This document shows positions 61,827-64,000 of a stretch of 64,000 nt of DNA, one piece after another. The stretch's first letter is position 1, and each line of letters begins with the position of its first letter. The stretch comes from an uncultured Gemmatimonadales bacterium (GTDB lineage Bacteria > Gemmatimonadota > Gemmatimonadetes > Gemmatimonadales > GWC2-71-9): positions 96,001-160,000 of the forward strand of contig CAWJIM010000021.1 in the NCBI GenBank assembly GCA_963842945.1. The letters are read 5' to 3'. Made by a program: the position numbers and the translations under genes. Below the pieces are notes generated by a model. The model saw nothing but the letters and a program-made list of their open reading frames with translations, was not told the origin of the DNA and searched no databases.

Positions 61827-63033
61827 TGATCGAGCGTCGCCCGGGGAGGATTCTCCCAGCCCGGCCACGCCTGCGGCGCCAGCAGGTAACGAGTCGCCGG
61901 TTTCCCCTCGATCTCCAGGCGATCGAACGACGCACGATAGCCTTTGCGTTCGGTGCGCCGAAGCTTCTCGCCGAACCCCGTGGTAAACCGTTCTGCCGAG
62001 CGCGGGTCGTCCCACACCACGTACCAGATCAGCGCCGGTCCGTCGGGTGTCCGTACCACCCGATAGCGGTCACCACCCCAGCCCCGGGAAGCCGGCCTTC
62101 CTTGTCTGGGTTGCGCCTGAGAGCTGGGCCGCGAGGATCGAGACCTCACTCTCGCCCAGCACGTCCTCGTACAACATCCCCGAATCCCGAGGGAACCGGA
62201 GCTCAACCGGCACGTCGCCGCTGGCGTAGTGCTCCGGGAAGAGAACCTGTTCGGTGGATGAGGGCATCCTCGGCCCATAGGGCACCGTGTCCTTGAACTG
62301 CGATCCCTCCCACCAGTGCATGAACTCCGCGCCGGCCAGATAGGGAAAGACCAGCGCTTCCCGCACGATCAGCGGCGCCCGGGCGAACACCGGCATGGAT
62401 GCCTGCCCGGTCCGGATCTGTCCGGCGTACTCGCTCCAGAAATCCGGATCGCTGGTCGGGTCCATTTGGGGGGGAAACAACGCCTTCATCCCGCTCAGCG
62501 TTGCTTGGCCCTCCAACACCGACTGCGCCGCCGCCAACCGGTCGTTGTTCGACTTGTCATGCAGTATGGAATCGAGCGGAAGGCGCTCCCCCTGCAGCGC
62601 GTGCACCATCTCGTGGGCCACCACCACCCGTAGCTGAGCGGGGTCGGCTCCCTCGACACCGAACAGGGTAGCCGAATCCGGATCGTAGTACCCCGCCACC
62701 TGCTCGCTGTACAGCTCCAGCAGCAGAGGCCTGAGGTCGAGCGTATCGGGCAGGAGCCCGAACATTCGGTACGCGCGTCTCCAAGCCCTCGAGCTTTGCG
62801 GGGGGCAGCTCGTCGGCCAGCTTCCGGAGCAGGTACTGCCGCACCTGTTCCCGGGTCCGCAGGGCAGACTTGGGTGGTGACTTGAATCTGAGCCCGGTGG
62901 CGAGCTCCACCCGCCCGCGAAGGCTGTCGACCAAGCGACTCAGCGTATCGGGGCCGACTGGCCTGGGGCGCTCGCCTCGGCAAGCTACCGCCAGCCCAAT
63001 CAACGGCAGCAGACGCAGTACGGAAAATCTCAC
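61823..63033 (-). CDS. HEXXH zincin-like lipoprotein (two frameshifts)
   Basis: Lipobox AVAC, EQVAGYYDP, AHEMVHALQ, LEGQA, FPYLAG, GWGGDRY. Confidence 0.75.
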
Positions 63034-64000
63034 AGGTAGCTCAGCAACCTGCCGTATTCCTCCACCATCTGCCGCACCAGCGGCATCGATCCGGAGAACA
63101 GAAGGAAGCCCGCTGCCGCAGTGAGGCCCACCCCAAAGGGGAGATACCCCTGAGACTGGAGGCCTTCAGCAGTGGGCGGCGAGGCAATCAGGGTGGCTCG
63201 GCGTGCGGACCACAGTGCTGCGATCACGATGATCACTCCCGAACGTAAAACGCGGAATAGACAAACCAGCGCCCGCGGCGACGGCAATGCCGGCTCCGAG
63301 AAGTCCCATCACCCTCACCCAGGCTTGCCCAGCCATACGTCGCGGCAGCAGGAGACCCACGTAGTATGCCAGGCCGGCTCCCAGCAATCCTTGAAACAGA
63401 GCGTTCAATACTTCATTCAAGTGATGTGTCGCCATAGCGAGCGCCAGCAACACGAGCGGCACCGCACCCGCAAGCAGGAGTCGGAGGACCAATCCCCAGC
63501 GGAAGCCGGGCTCCCCAGCTTCCGACTTCTCCAGCGGGAGCATGACGGGAGGGGAATGCCGCGACCAGACCGCGGCAAGGAGAAACAGCACCGTGCTGAT
63601 GACGGCCCCAAGGAGAAGTACCGGTACGATCGCTTCCCATCCGAGAAAGGCTCCAATCATCCCCATCAGCGCACAATCACCGCCCCCCATCGCCTCCTGC
63701 CCGATGGCCATTTCGGAGACTTCACCGATCAGGAGCACGGCACCGGCACCGACCAAAGCTCCCTGCAGACTCGGGACCAAAAGGGAGGAATCCGACCAGG
63801 TAGCGAGAACCACAGCGAGCAGAGTTCCGCCCAGCGAAAACTCGTGAGGGATGATGTACTCCCGCGCGTCGGTCATGGCGATGCCGAGCAGAATCGTTCC
63901 AAACAGCGCGCCCCGCAGAGTCTCGAGTGTCACCCCGTACCTCCAGGCCATGTAGGCCCAGATGCCGGCCGTGGCCAGCTCGATCAGCGGATACTGCGCC
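63030..64000 (-). CDS. pilD: Prepilin peptidase (A24), 5'-truncated by window, frameshift ~63240
   Basis: QYPLIELA, AMTDAREYIIP, AMGGGD, YLPFGVGL. Confidence 0.85.

Noticed and set aside
51615..63300. Many frameshifts (ffh, rpsP, rimM, trmD, rnhB, aminopeptidase, kinase, pilD; also RND operon, tetR, oxidase) as programmed frameshifting or pseudogenisation
   Set aside because: They hit essential genes, are single-base and share no slippery motif; long-read indel errors are the simplest explanation.
1..64000. CRISPR array, cas genes, retron or DGR reverse transcriptase, IS elements, known defence systems
   Set aside because: No spaced repeat arrays or diagnostic motifs seen; Kelch copy differences are mostly synonymous and not adenine-specific as in a DGR.

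Overview
A GC-rich bacterial window. Gene content (lipoproteins with a C-x-[DE]..P-T-x-P start, Ser/Thr kinase-TPR proteins, GTCATCCYGAGC repeats) suggests Gemmatimonadota; this is inference. Many genes, including essential ones (ffh, rpsP, rimM, trmD), carry single-base frameshifts, best read as long-read assembly errors. In order: the end of a ccm cytochrome c maturation operon; a c-di-GMP-I riboswitch leading three secreted Kelch-propeller lipoproteins (a copper radical oxidase, an S8 protease and an unknown domain, the last two sharing an ungapped duplicated Kelch module); a PAS hybrid kinase; an orphan RiPP-precursor-like peptide; tRNA-Lys(UUU); a ~15 kb accessory mosaic (ceramidase locus, a second variant c-di-GMP-I-like RNA, solo receivers, gene fragments); transport and redox genes; a tailspike-like gene; an RND efflux operon; a barrel-cupredoxin locus; and the ffh-rpsP-rimM-trmD-rplS-rnhB operon. 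The strongest novelty candidates are the variant riboswitch (22885-23061), the EELEERIAP peptide (13697-13855) and the modular Kelch lipoproteins.
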